A stretch of 32,000 nt of DNA from Planctomycetales bacterium (GCA_022646745.1 CP060262.1:120001-152000); one strand, 5' to 3'. Shown: positions 22,902 through 31,989, counted from the first letter of the stretch. Numbers and translations are program-made. The notes: generated from the sequence alone by a model not told the origin.

Positions 22902-23225
22902 CTAGGTTGCGATCACCGTGTAGGTCTGGAAGTCCGAGGTCATCGGCGGCGTGCGGCCCTCTTCCTTCGCCTTCTGGATGTCCTCGAAGCCGCGGCGGTG
23001 GCCCTTCAGGAAGGCCTCGCTCTTCGTCCAGGCCTTGAAGTGCTCCTCCGCCTCCCAGTGGGAGACGATCAGGTAGGGCTTGCCCTCGCTGGCCGGCCGC
23101 AGCACTTCCATGTACTTGAAGCCCTCCATCTTGTCGATCTCCCCGGCCCGGGTGGAGAACAGGTATTCAAAGCGCTCAGCGAATTCCGGCTGGCACGTAA
23201 TGTAATTGATTGTGACAAAGGTCAT
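22902..23225 (-). CDS. Antibiotic-biosynthesis-monooxygenase (ABM) / IsdG-like domain protein
   Basis: 107-aa ORF with GAGAGGA upstream. The pattern MTFVTINYITCQPEFAERFEYLF.....IDKMEGFKYMEVLRP....KPYLIVSHWEAEEHFKAWTKSEAFLKGH is the ABM/IsdG pattern. Confidence 0.85.
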   Translation of the reverse strand: MTFVTINYITCQPEFAERFEYLFSTRAGEIDKMEGFKYMEVLRPASEGKPYLIVSHWEAEEHFKAWTKSEAFLKGHRRGFEDIQKAKEEGRTPPMTSDFQTYTVIAT

Positions 23226-23367
23226 GACGTCCTCTCTGGGAGTTAAGGGTCGGATGCACTGATCCGCCTTACACGGGAACAGCCCGCGGCTTTTACTTCG
23301 TCATCTTCGCGTGACCCGTTTGCCCGGGTCACATTTCATCCCGCTATTTGAGACGGTGTCTCAGTAG

Positions 23368-24360
23368 GTGACCGATTATACGCCGCCTCAGGCATTCTGT
23401 AAATACTGTGAAGGCCCGGATAAGCTTACCCGCCGCTTCCCGCGATATCATTTCCCTGTGAGCGATAGCAGTGCACCCACCAGGAACCGCCCCGGCTGGA
23501 TCCGCGTGCGCCGTCTCGACCTGGCCACCGAGGAGCAGGTCGGCACGACGCTGGGCGGACTGGCGACGGTCTGCCAGAGCGCGAACTGCCCCAACATCGG
23601 CGACTGCTGGGGCCGCGGAACGGCGACCTTCATGGTGATGGGCGACAAGTGCACCCGGGCCTGCCGCTTCTGCAATGTGGACTTCGGCAAGCCTGAACCC
23701 CTTAATCCGCATGAACCGGCGCAGCTGGCCCAGAGCGTCCGCGAATTGGGACTGAACTTCGCCGTAGTGACCTGCGTGGACCGCGATGACCTGACGGACA
23801 GCGGCTCACAGCACTGGGTGGACTGCATCGACGCCGTGCATGCCGTTGGCGAGGGCGTGAAGATCGAGGTGCTGACCGGAGACTTCAAGGGCAGCGAAGC
23901 TGACATCGCGCGCGTGGTGCGCAGTGCCCCGGAAGTGTTCGCCCACAATGTGGAGACCATCCCGCGCCTGCAGGGCCGCGTGCGCCACAAGGCGCGCTGG
24001 GAGACCAGCCTGCGTGTGCTGAAGCTTGCAAAGAAGATCGCGGCCGACGAGGGCATCCCGCTCGTCACCAAGAGCGGCATCATGCTCGGGCTGGGAGAGA
24101 GCTTCTTCGAGGTGCAGGAGGCGATGCACCTGCTGCTGGATGAAGGGGTGGAGATCCTCACCATCGGGCAGTACCTGAAGCCCTTCGACCGGCCGGACAA
24201 GCTGGCGGTGGAGCGCTTCGTGGAACCGCAGGAGTTCGAGCGCCTGCAGGAGTACGGCCTGTCCATCGGCTTCGCCGGGATTGCCAGCGGGCCGCTGGTG
24301 CGCAGCTCCTACCGGGCGGAGACGCTGTACGAACAGGCGATGGCGCGCAAGGCGGGCTGA
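23368..24360 (+). CDS. lipA: Lipoyl synthase
   Basis: It carries the motifs CQSANCPNIGDCWGRGTATFMVMGDKCTRACRFCNV (both LipA Cys clusters) and a radical-SAM core. The longest ORF starts at GTG 23368. An in-frame GTG at 23458 preceded by TATCAT-N6 is an alternative start. Confidence 0.93.
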   Translation: MTDYTPPQAFCKYCEGPDKLTRRFPRYHFPVSDSSAPTRNRPGWIRVRRLDLATEEQVGTTLGGLATVCQSANCPNIGDCWGRGTATFMVMGDKCTRACRFCNVDFGKPEPLNPHEPAQLAQSVRELGLNFAVVTCVDRDDLTDSGSQHWVDCIDAVHAVGEGVKIEVLTGDFKGSEADIARVVRSAPEVFAHNVETIPRLQGRVRHKARWETSLRVLKLAKKIAADEGIPLVTKSGIMLGLGESFFEVQEAMHLLLDEGVEILTIGQYLKPFDRPDKLAVERFVEPQEFERLQEYGLSIGFAGIASGPLVRSSYRAETLYEQAMARKAG

Positions 24361-24385
24361 AGACTTGGCAACAGGCTCCTCCGCC

Positions 24386-24787
24386 ATGCGCCGCATCCCG
24401 CTGCTGGCACTGGCAAGCTTCCTCGGCGCACTGATCCTCGTGGCGCACATCATCACGCTCGGCATCCTGCCGAACATCGGCATGGAGCTCGTGACCTTCC
24501 TCGTCGGTACACGCTTCGAGTTCAGCATCCCGCGCAATGAGCTGCGCGACCTCGGCCTGCACATGGGGATGTTCACGCTGTTCACGCTCAGCTACCGGCT
24601 GAGCTGGCGCAGCGGAGGGCCGGCGGTGCGGCTGGCGACGATCATGCTGTGCAGCGGCTGGGGGATGTTCTGCGAAAGCCTGCAGATCTTCATCCACCGC
24701 CGGGACTTCTCGCTGCTGGACCTGGGCGTGAACATGCTGACGCCGATGCTGGTGGTGGGCCTGACGCGGCTGTTCGAGAGGAAGTAG
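24386..24787 (+). CDS. VanZ-like family membrane protein
   Basis: ORF 24281..24787. The start is at ATG 24386 (MRRIPLLALASFLGALILV). It has several TM segments and the motif GWGMFCESLQIFIHRRDFSLLDLGVNMLTPMLVVG (like DE.Q.F.P.R..S..D...N..G). It lies 25 nt after the lipA stop. Confidence 0.75.
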   Translation: MRRIPLLALASFLGALILVAHIITLGILPNIGMELVTFLVGTRFEFSIPRNELRDLGLHMGMFTLFTLSYRLSWRSGGPAVRLATIMLCSGWGMFCESLQIFIHRRDFSLLDLGVNMLTPMLVVGLTRLFERK

Positions 24788-24811
24788 TCAGTGGTCAGCA
24801 GGCAGTGGCCA

Positions 24812-24876
24812 GGACAGGAAGCAGAATCAGAATGAGAAGCAGCAGTCCTCAGTTGCCAGACTGAAAGCTGGCCTCC
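24812..24876. repeat. 65-nt dispersed repeat (copy a)
   Basis: The sequence ggacaggaagcagaatcagaatgagaagcagcagtcctcagttgccagactgaaagctggcctcc is identical to 24976-25040. It has 4 mismatches to 27055-27119. Confidence 0.9.
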
Positions 24877-24889
24877 AATGAATGAAAAA

Positions 24890-24947
24890 GAAGTAGGGAT
24901 GGGGTAAAACCCCATCCCCGGCGGCAGTATTACTGCCGCCCTACTTC
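24890..24947. repeat. Twin hairpin module (copy 2) closed by GAAGTAG/CTACTTC
   Basis: It reads gaagtag-GGGATGGGGTAAAACCCCATCCCC-GGCGGCAGTATTACTGCCGCC-ctacttc. The second hairpin differs from 18710-18730 only by two compensatory pair changes. Confidence 0.85.
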
Positions 24948-24975
24948 CAATGAAGTGGTCAGTAGTCAGTGGTCG

Positions 24976-25040
24976 GGACAGGAAGCAGAATCAGAATGAG
25001 AAGCAGCAGTCCTCAGTTGCCAGACTGAAAGCTGGCCTCC
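24976..25040. repeat. 65-nt dispersed repeat (copy b)
   Basis: Identical to 24812-24876, 164 nt downstream of it. Confidence 0.9.
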
Positions 25041-25251
25041 TGTGGAAACCTGGAAGATAAAGCAGGGATGGGGAATGTAGCTTTCAGAGCTACAGGGCCA
25101 TGTTGCCTCAGGGCAATACTCCAGGATCCTGAGCCCCGGCTTGTGGCCAGTAAGTCTGCTGCAGATCCGCGAACTGCGGTATGATCACTCCATCTTGTCC
25201 CGGTTTCCCTGACCGGGGCTGGCGCCGCGACCCGACGCCGGAGGTGGAGAG

Positions 25252-27030
25252 ATGCCTCTGCAGCACCGCGCCATTGGCAAGCTGCTTGCCATTGCACTTC
25301 TCTGTGTATCCGCCACCGCCTGCGGGCGCTCCCCCGGCAGGATTGACAACAGCACCGCGGACCCCGCAAGCCTGCAACAAGCGATGGCTGCGCACGACCC
25401 CGCCGTGATGGACCAGCTTCGCAGCGAACTGGAGCGTGTGCTGGCACAGCGCGGGATTGAGCTGGATGCGGCGGGACAGCCGCTGCGCTCCGTTTCAGCT
25501 ATCCCAAAGCTGGTCTACCGCCAGCCCGGCTGGTTCAGTGACTTCAACGGGGACACCGCGGTGGGCTGGGCGCATTACCAGCAGGGCGACTATGACCTGA
25601 ATGGCGAGGTCAACATCTCCGACCTGACCCCGGTCGGCATCCACCTCGGCAAGAGCACCGCCAGCCCGGACTGGCTGACGGCGGCGGTGGTGGCGGATGG
25701 TGATGGCAACGGTGAGATCAACATCGCGGACGTGACCCCGATCGGGCAGAACTTCGCCGCCCGCGTCTCCGGCTACATGGTGCAGGCCCGCGAGGCCAGT
25801 GGTGAATGGCACGAGGTCGGATTCGCGCCGATGGAAAGCGGCATCAAGTCCGGCCCGGGACTCGAGTTTGGCTACTTTGCCAACGGTGGCGAGGTCGAGG
25901 CGGACTGGCGTGTGGCCCCGGTGGCCGGTGTGCGCGAATTCAGCTGGAAGCGCTACGCGCTGACAACGCAGGACTTCCAGCACTTCGACGTGCAGGGCTG
26001 CATCGTGGACGGCAGGCCGGCTCTGGTCTACGAGCGCTACGGGCTGACGCCGGACACGCATGACGGCTTCGCGATCGCCGCCGTGGCGCGGCCGCAGTCC
26101 GCGGCGGACTGGTACCTGGAGGATGACCTTGGGCATTTCCTGTATGACAACAGCCCGGTCGCGATTGCCTCAGTGGACGGAAAGCCGGCGATAGCCTACG
26201 TGGACTACAGCGCAGCACCGGTTTCATTTGCTGTGATGTACAGCCGCCGCGACAGCGCAGTGGCCGGGCCCGCCGGCTGGAGCACGCATCAGGTCACCAG
26301 CCTGTCCGCCAACCCGGTACGGCTTGCATTGACGGTACGTGAGGGCCGGCCATACATCCTGTTCAACAACAGCGGGCTGGAGGCCTGGCAGGCGAACACT
26401 GCACAGCCGAGCGGGCCGGCGGACTGGAGCGCTTACAGCGCGGCGCCGGGCTTCAACGACTTCCGCAGCCCGCAGTGCATTGCCAGCGGCCCCTGGCTGT
26501 TCAGCTGCGGACTCGGTGTCACGCCCGCCCCATACCTGCTGTTCAACCGCTCAACGGTTGTGGCCCCGAACGGCTCCGGCAGCTTCAGCGAATACTTGCT
26601 GACGCCGGTTGATTCGGCCTATCCGCCAAGGCTGATGCTGATTGCCGGCCTGCCCTGTGTAGTGGTCTCCGACGCGACAAGTTCCTCCCTGCAGTTCCTG
26701 CAGGCCGGCAGCCGCACTTCGGCCAGCGCGGCCAGCTGGTTCCAGCATGCGATCGTGGCCCAGCCCGGGTCGGACCTGCACTGGGAGCCGGCAGCGGCCC
26801 TGGTCGGCGGCCGGCCGGCGGTGGCCAGCGGCTACAACGAGCTGAGGCTGTACTGGACCGGCGGGCAGTTCCCTGACAACAGCGACCAGTGGAGCAGCCA
26901 GCCGGTGGACGATTCCGCGGAGCCCTTCGACCGGGTGCTGCTGGCGCTGGACGGCCTGCCTCTGGTACTGGAACTGGGCAGCGGAGGCGCCAACAGCCAG
27001 GTGGTTGTCAACATCGGGAATGAACAGTGA
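25252..27030 (+). CDS. Lipoprotein: dockerin-like double Ca-binding loop + ~7 propeller-like repeats (paralogue 2 of 3)
   Basis: 592-aa ORF with GGAGGTGGAGAG upstream. It has the signal peptide LLAIALLCVSATAC. The dockerin-like segment reads GDYDLNGEVNISDLTPVGIHLG...ADGDGNGEINIADVTPIGQNF. The repeats read VDGRPALVY...PQSAADW, VDGKPAIAY...AGPAGW, REGRPYILF...PSGPADW and so on. Confidence 0.85.
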   Translation: MPLQHRAIGKLLAIALLCVSATACGRSPGRIDNSTADPASLQQAMAAHDPAVMDQLRSELERVLAQRGIELDAAGQPLRSVSAIPKLVYRQPGWFSDFNGDTAVGWAHYQQGDYDLNGEVNISDLTPVGIHLGKSTASPDWLTAAVVADGDGNGEINIADVTPIGQNFAARVSGYMVQAREASGEWHEVGFAPMESGIKSGPGLEFGYFANGGEVEADWRVAPVAGVREFSWKRYALTTQDFQHFDVQGCIVDGRPALVYERYGLTPDTHDGFAIAAVARPQSAADWYLEDDLGHFLYDNSPVAIASVDGKPAIAYVDYSAAPVSFAVMYSRRDSAVAGPAGWSTHQVTSLSANPVRLALTVREGRPYILFNNSGLEAWQANTAQPSGPADWSAYSAAPGFNDFRSPQCIASGPWLFSCGLGVTPAPYLLFNRSTVVAPNGSGSFSEYLLTPVDSAYPPRLMLIAGLPCVVVSDATSSSLQFLQAGSRTSASAASWFQHAIVAQPGSDLHWEPAAALVGGRPAVASGYNELRLYWTGGQFPDNSDQWSSQPVDDSAEPFDRVLLALDGLPLVLELGSGGANSQVVVNIGNEQ

Positions 27031-27054
27031 TCAGTAGTCAGTGGTCAGTGGTCA

Positions 27055-27119
27055 GGACAGGAAGCAGAAACAGAATGAGAAGCAGGAGTCCTCAGTTGCC
27101 AGACTGAGAGCTGGCCACC
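27055..27119. repeat. 65-nt dispersed repeat (copy c)
   Basis: 61/65 identical to copies a and b. Like copy a, it is followed by AATG.A..AAAAGAAGTAGGGATGGGG, the hairpin module. Confidence 0.9.
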
Positions 27120-27130
27120 AATGGAAAAAA

Positions 27131-27165
27131 GAAGTAGGGATGGGGTAATACCCCATCCCTAGTAG
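27131..27165. repeat. Hairpin module GAAGTAGGGATGGGGTAATACCCCATCCCTAGTAG (copy 3)
   Basis: It has the same first hairpin as at 18684 and 24893. Confidence 0.8.
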
Positions 27166-27190
27166 TCAGTAGTCAGTGGTCAGAAGTCAG

Positions 27191-27247
27191 ACCACTGACC
27201 ACTCACCACTGACCACTCACCACTGACCACTGACCACTCACCACTGA
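27191..27247. repeat. Heptamer tract ACCACTG/ACCACTC x8
   Basis: The tract accactg accactc accactg accactc accactg accactg accactc accactg is the reverse complement of the CAGTGGT/CAGTAGT words at 27031-27058. Confidence 0.85.
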
Positions 27248-27251
27248 GTCA

Positions 27252-28454
27252 TCAGTGGACGTGCCAGCTGCTGGCAACCCGGCTGGCCCCGCGCTGCTTC
27301 TTGAAGCTCGCATCAGGCGTGCCGCGGAACTTGCGCGGGATGTAGGGATAGTCCTGGGTGATCACGTAGTAGTACGTGCCCTCGGGGAACTCCGGCGTGA
27401 CACCGAAGCGGCCGTTGCATTCATCCAGGTCGCCAAGCCCTTCGACGTATTCATAGTCCTCGATGTAGGTGCCGTCATAGATGCCGCCCGGGCCGCCATT
27501 GCGCATGCCACTCCTCAGGCGGTAGCTGCTTTCGAGTTCGACTACCGCGCTGCCACTGTCCCAGGCATCCTCGTAGCCGTACAGGGCGTAGACCGGGAAG
27601 CCGTCGGCGGCGAAGCCGACCAGGCCCATCGCGCTGCCATCGAGGCCGGTCAGCGTGCCCCAGGGCAGGCCGTGGTAGTGGTAGGCACCGCCCGGCTGCA
27701 CGTGGCCGTGGCTGAAGTCGAGCCCCAGTCCGTCGGGCATCGGCTCAAGCTGCCAGCCGCTGTTCATGTCGCGGTTCCAGAACTCGTTGGCAAAGGGGTC
27801 GAAGGGCACGCCGTTGATCGCGATGCCGAAGGGGTCCGGCAGGTAGTAGGGCGTGGCGCTGCTGTTGGCAACCGGGTCGAGCGGCATGCGGAAGCTGTAG
27901 CTCTGCTCCGTCATCACATTGCCGTTGTTGCCGATCTCATGGTCCGGCAGGCCGTTGGAACTGATGTAGCGGTAGGTCGCATCCTGCGTGATCACGGTGC
28001 CGTTCCTGCCGCTGATCTCCAGCGCGTCCACCACTTCATCCCCGCTGCCGCTGTCGTCCAGCGGGTCCGGGTAGACGATGTCGTCCGGGTTGTAGCCGTA
28101 CTCCTGCTCGAACCAGTCGTCAATCGTCAGCTCATTGCCGGAGCCGCTGTCACCGCTGTCGGCAATCACCTGTCCGCCGTCCGCTGAGCCGCTGTCCTGC
28201 TGCACCGCCCCGTCGTCAAGCAGGTCTCCGACGCTGTCCCCGCCGGTGCTGTCCTCCTGCAGCACATCGGCGCTGGACTGGTCTCCGGCAGCCTGCTGCT
28301 GCTGGCTGTCGCCAATCACCTGCTGTCCCTGCAGGGGATCAAGCTGGTTGTCAAGCGGGAGCGCCGCCGCACTGCCGCCACTGCAGCCGATCTGCACCGC
28401 AGCCGCCAGGCTGACCAGCAGTACCGCCAGCAATACAAGTATGCTCCTGTTCAT
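27252..28454 (-). CDS. YHYH-domain lipoprotein
   Basis: 400-aa ORF with AGGAGG upstream. It has the signal peptide plus lipobox LAAAVQIGC and an acidic low-complexity linker. Then come YRYISSNGLPDH, GVPFDP, HVQPGGAYHYHGLP and DECNGRFGVTPEFPEGTYYYVIT, typical of the YHYH family. Confidence 0.85.
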   Translation of the reverse strand: MNRSILVLLAVLLVSLAAAVQIGCSGGSAAALPLDNQLDPLQGQQVIGDSQQQQAAGDQSSADVLQEDSTGGDSVGDLLDDGAVQQDSGSADGGQVIADSGDSGSGNELTIDDWFEQEYGYNPDDIVYPDPLDDSGSGDEVVDALEISGRNGTVITQDATYRYISSNGLPDHEIGNNGNVMTEQSYSFRMPLDPVANSSATPYYLPDPFGIAINGVPFDPFANEFWNRDMNSGWQLEPMPDGLGLDFSHGHVQPGGAYHYHGLPWGTLTGLDGSAMGLVGFAADGFPVYALYGYEDAWDSGSAVVELESSYRLRSGMRNGGPGGIYDGTYIEDYEYVEGLGDLDECNGRFGVTPEFPEGTYYYVITQDYPYIPRKFRGTPDASFKKQRGASRVASSWHVH

Positions 28455-28537
28455 GTCCGTCCTCCTGAGATGAACTGCCCGAAGGGAACCTGTGGCAATG
28501 GGAGTGGCGGCCGGTGCGCTTGAGTTGCAGCATGCCC

Positions 28538-28543
28538 TAGAAT
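28538..28543 (+). promoter_or_regulatory. -10 hexamer TAGAAT exactly 6 nt before ATG 28550 (leaderless arrangement)
   Basis: TAGAAT-ctgcac-ATG, with no SD. Confidence 0.4.
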
Positions 28544-28549
28544 CTGCAC

Positions 28550-28873
28550 ATGCGGCTTGAATCAGACCATCTCTGGCAGCGCGGCGTGCAGGACGTGCGC
28601 TTAAGCGTGGACAAGTACAACGGGCTCGCCAGCGAGCTCGATGCGATCCTGTATGCGCAGTTCTTCGACGAGCTGATCGACATGCACTTCGAGCACGACG
28701 TACCCCTGCCCTCGCCGGAGGAGCTGAGCAGCTACCTCGTGAGGAGCGGCTGGAGCGACGAATGTGCGATCGAGGTCGAGGAGTTCTATGACAACATCCT
28801 CCTGTACCGGCGCTACAAGGCCGGGCAGCTGCTGCACCAGAGGCCGGAGGGGCACTTCAGGGAAATGGCGTAG
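28550..28873 (+). CDS. Hypothetical acidic protein (107 aa)
   Basis: ORF with protein-like composition. TAGAAT lies exactly 6 nt before the ATG, the same arrangement as four other genes here. I recognise no family. Confidence 0.6.
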   Translation: MRLESDHLWQRGVQDVRLSVDKYNGLASELDAILYAQFFDELIDMHFEHDVPLPSPEELSSYLVRSGWSDECAIEVEEFYDNILLYRRYKAGQLLHQRPEGHFREMA

Positions 28874-28971
28874 GGGGAAGTCTGGGTAGTTAGAATAGTT
28901 TGAATAGTGGAAGAAGTTGTTAGTGCTTGGTTCTTAGTAGCTGCGGCGCTAGGCCGCGGGGAGGTGCAAGG

Positions 28972-30708
28972 ATGAAGGCAATGCGCTTGACAGCAGCGGC
29001 GCTGCTGATCACCTTACTGGCAGGCTGTGGTGGCAATGGAGAGACCGCCGCGCCGCATGCAAGCAACCCCGCTGACACCAGTACTATGCTGCGCGCTGAG
29101 CTCGATCGTGTGCTGGCACAGCGCGGCATCGAACTGGACAGCTCAGGCAGGCCGACCCGCACTGTATCCTCCCTGCCCAAACGCGTCTGGCGGCACCCGC
29201 AGCGCTTCAACAACCTGCTGCTGCTGACGGCGGAGCTGAGCTGGGGGCATTACCAGCAGGGCGACTACGACCGCAACGGCGAGGTGAACATCTCGGACCT
29301 CACACCGGTGGGCGTGCACCTCGGCAAGGACACCACGAGCCCTGACTGGGCGGCGGCACAGACCGCGGATGGCGATGCCAACGGCGAGATCAACATCGCC
29401 GACGTGACACCGATCGGGCAGGACTTCGGCGCATCCGTCGGCGGCTATGTGATCCAGGTGCGTGACACGCCGGGCGCTGACTACCGCGATTACGGCTTCG
29501 TGGATTTCGCGGACGGCGTTGACAACGGCAGCTTCCGCGAGTTCAACTTCAGCGCCCCGGCCGGGTCCGATGCGGATGACTACCGCGTCTCACCCGTCGG
29601 CAGGACGCGTGAGTTCGACTGGCATGTGTACCGCCTGGAGCTGCCCGGCACATCGCAGCTGGAACCGGCCATTGCCGTGCGGGACGGTGGCCTGATGCTG
29701 GCGGCCGTGGATGACGATGCCGGGCGGCTGCTGTTCGCCGGCACGAATGAGCTGCATCCGCTGGCGGCAGCGGACTGGGTCGCGCATGTAGTCGATGCAG
29801 GCGGGGTGCAGGCCAGCCAGCCCGGCCTGGCAATGATCGGCGGGAGTCCGGCAATCGCCTACTGCGGTACAAGTTCCAGCTTTGCGTTTGAGGTGCGCTA
29901 TGCACGCGCGCTGATCGTCAACCCCGGCGCGGCCGCGGACTGGCAGTCGCACGGGATCGAAGGCGGGCTGCCGCTGCAGAGCGTGCGCCTGCTGGAGAAG
30001 GACGGGCTGCCGGTGCTGACAGTGCAGAACGGCAGCGGCGGGGTGTACCTCGGGGTCAGTGCCACGGCCACGCCATCATCGGACCTAGACTGGGCCGATG
30101 TGAACGTCAGCGGTGCGGCGACCCTGAACCTGCCGGAACTGGCCCTCGTTGGCAACCGGGTCTGTGTCGGCAGCTACCAGTATGGCGGTGCCGGCGAGGC
30201 CTACTTCAGCGGTGCCAGGATCAGCCACCCGGTGAATGCCTCGGACTTCGACAGCTTCCCGGTCTGGACCGTCGGCATCGAGGCCCAGCGCCCAAGCGTG
30301 CTGGCCTGCGGTGGCTACCCGGCGATGCTGGTGCCGGACCTGGACAGCGGGGAGCTGGACTTCCTCTACTCATCCGAGCCCCAGCCCACCAGCGCCGCCA
30401 GCTGGTTCGTGCATTCCGTGGCAACGGACTCGCCGGACTTCATCAACCCGGACAGTGTGCTGCTGGACGGCAAACCGGCCGCATCATTCGGGCGCTCAGA
30501 CATCAACTTCGCCTGGGGCAGGCGCGGCATCCCGGACCAGCCGGATGACTGGCTGCTGCAGCAGGGCATGGAGGAAGGGATCATCAACTTCGGCATCGGT
30601 GCAACGAGCATCGTGGTGTCTGACTACCTGCCGGTGATCGCATTCACTGAGTATGACAACATCAATGGCGTGCGGCATGTGGCGATTGCAGTGGCGACGG
30701 AGCAGTGA
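28972..30708 (+). CDS. Lipoprotein: dockerin-like double Ca-binding loop + ~7 propeller-like repeats (paralogue 3 of 3)
   Basis: ORF 28927..30708. The start is at ATG 28972 (GGGAGGTG upstream), giving MKAMRLTAAALLITLLAGC. It shares LRAELDRVLAQRGIELDSSGRP with paralogue 2. The dockerin-like segment reads GDYDRNGEVNISDLTPVGVHLG...ADGDANGEINIADVTPIGQDF. Confidence 0.85.
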   Translation: MKAMRLTAAALLITLLAGCGGNGETAAPHASNPADTSTMLRAELDRVLAQRGIELDSSGRPTRTVSSLPKRVWRHPQRFNNLLLLTAELSWGHYQQGDYDRNGEVNISDLTPVGVHLGKDTTSPDWAAAQTADGDANGEINIADVTPIGQDFGASVGGYVIQVRDTPGADYRDYGFVDFADGVDNGSFREFNFSAPAGSDADDYRVSPVGRTREFDWHVYRLELPGTSQLEPAIAVRDGGLMLAAVDDDAGRLLFAGTNELHPLAAADWVAHVVDAGGVQASQPGLAMIGGSPAIAYCGTSSSFAFEVRYARALIVNPGAAADWQSHGIEGGLPLQSVRLLEKDGLPVLTVQNGSGGVYLGVSATATPSSDLDWADVNVSGAATLNLPELALVGNRVCVGSYQYGGAGEAYFSGARISHPVNASDFDSFPVWTVGIEAQRPSVLACGGYPAMLVPDLDSGELDFLYSSEPQPTSAASWFVHSVATDSPDFINPDSVLLDGKPAASFGRSDINFAWGRRGIPDQPDDWLLQQGMEEGIINFGIGATSIVVSDYLPVIAFTEYDNINGVRHVAIAVATEQ

Positions 30709-30710
30709 GG

Positions 30711-30953
30711 GGAGTGGAAGAAGTCTGAATAGTTTGGATAGTGGAAGAAGTGGAAGAAGTAAGTCGGAGCTAGACAGGGAAGAGTCTGTCCCGTTTGGCA
30801 ATACTACCGGTGCTACCTGCCTACTGACTTCTACCTACTGACTTCTACCTACTGACCACTGGCCACAGCCAACTGACCACTGACCACTGACTACTGACCA
30901 CTGACAACTCAACTACTTACACTATTCAGGACTATTCCCACTATCCCCACTAT
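30711..30953. repeat. Composite palindromic intergenic element (GAATAGT/GGAAGAAGT arm vs ACTATTC/ACTTC arm, with ACTGACC heptamers)
   Basis: The left arm 30711-30766 reads ggagtggaagaagtctgaatagtttggatagtggaagaagtggaagaagtaagtc. The right part 30821-30953 contains gacttctacctactgacttctacc, TGACCAC heptamers and cactattcaggactattcccactatccccactattcagg. Confidence 0.7.
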
Positions 30954-31811
30954 TCAGGACTTCCCTCCAACCTCCGCACTCCTCACTCCAACCTTCTTCT
31001 TGAGTACCACCAGCGCAATCCCGCCGAGGATCACCACGCTGCAGATTGCCAGCCTCGGCGTAAGCACCTCGCCCAGCAGCAGCACCCCACCCAGCGCGGC
31101 GATCGGCGGCACGCTGAGCTGCACCGTGGCCGCCGTGACCGAGGCCAGCGAGCGTAGTGCGGCATACCACAGCACGTAGCCGATACCGGATGCCAGTGCG
31201 CCGGAGAGCACCGCCCAGCCCCAGCCATCCAGCTTCTGCTGGGTGAACTGCGCCAGCGCCAGCCACAGCAGGATGGCCGGCAGGGCAGCGCGGATGAAGT
31301 TGCCGGCGGTGGCGGCGGCCGGGTTGGCAATACCCTTGCCGCGCAGGGAATAGATCCCCCAGGCGACGCCGGCGGCCAGCATGAACAGTGAGCTCACAAG
31401 CGGCGGCTGGCTGAGGCCCGGCAGCAGCAGGTAGAGCACGCCGGCGGCCGCCAGCAGGAAACCGGCGAGGCGCAGGCCGGACAGCCGCTCGCCGCGGGAC
31501 AGGCCGTAGCCGATCATCGTCACCTGCACGGCACCGAACAGCAACAGCGCGCCGGTGGCGGCACTCAGCTGCATGTAGGCCGCGGAGAAGAAGCCGGCGT
31601 AGGCCAAAAGCGCCAGGGCGGAGGGCCAGTTGCCCTGCACACGCTGGCGGTGGACCAGCATCATCAGCCACAGCATCGCCGCGCCGGACAGCACACGCAG
31701 CATGGTGAAGGACGCCGGGTCGATGCTGCCTGAGGCCAGCGCCAGGCGGCAGATGATCGAATTGCCGGCGAAGGCCAGCATCGCCAGCGCGGTGAGGATG
31801 AGGGTGGTCAT
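30954..31811 (-). CDS. EamA/DMT superfamily transporter
   Basis: 285-aa ORF with about 10 hydrophobic segments. It begins LAMLAFAGNSIICRLAL and has a duplicated EamA-like architecture. Confidence 0.9.
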   Translation of the reverse strand: MTTLILTALAMLAFAGNSIICRLALASGSIDPASFTMLRVLSGAAMLWLMMLVHRQRVQGNWPSALALLAYAGFFSAAYMQLSAATGALLLFGAVQVTMIGYGLSRGERLSGLRLAGFLLAAAGVLYLLLPGLSQPPLVSSLFMLAAGVAWGIYSLRGKGIANPAAATAGNFIRAALPAILLWLALAQFTQQKLDGWGWAVLSGALASGIGYVLWYAALRSLASVTAATVQLSVPPIAALGGVLLLGEVLTPRLAICSVVILGGIALVVLKKKVGVRSAEVGGKS

Positions 31812-31871
31812 TGCTGCGTGATGAGTGTACTACTGAGTGGAGCTGCGACTTCAGTCGCTGGAAAGACCCAT

Positions 31872-31989
31872 GACTACAGACTCCAGAAGTCAGACTCCAG
31901 ACTACAGTCTACAGATCTCAAGCCGTAGCCCTCTGCGTCAATGTACCGAATTGCCAATCTGAAGTCTGGGGTCTAGGGTCTGAGATCTG
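31872..31989. repeat. Composite palindromic intergenic element (AGACTCC-type heptamer arm vs GGGTCT arm)
   Basis: The left arm 31872-31920 reads gactac agactcc agaagtc agactcc agactac agtctac agatctc a. The right arm 31960-31989 reads tgaagtctggggtctagggtctgagatctg. CAGATCTCA / TGAGATCTG are exact complements. Confidence 0.75.
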
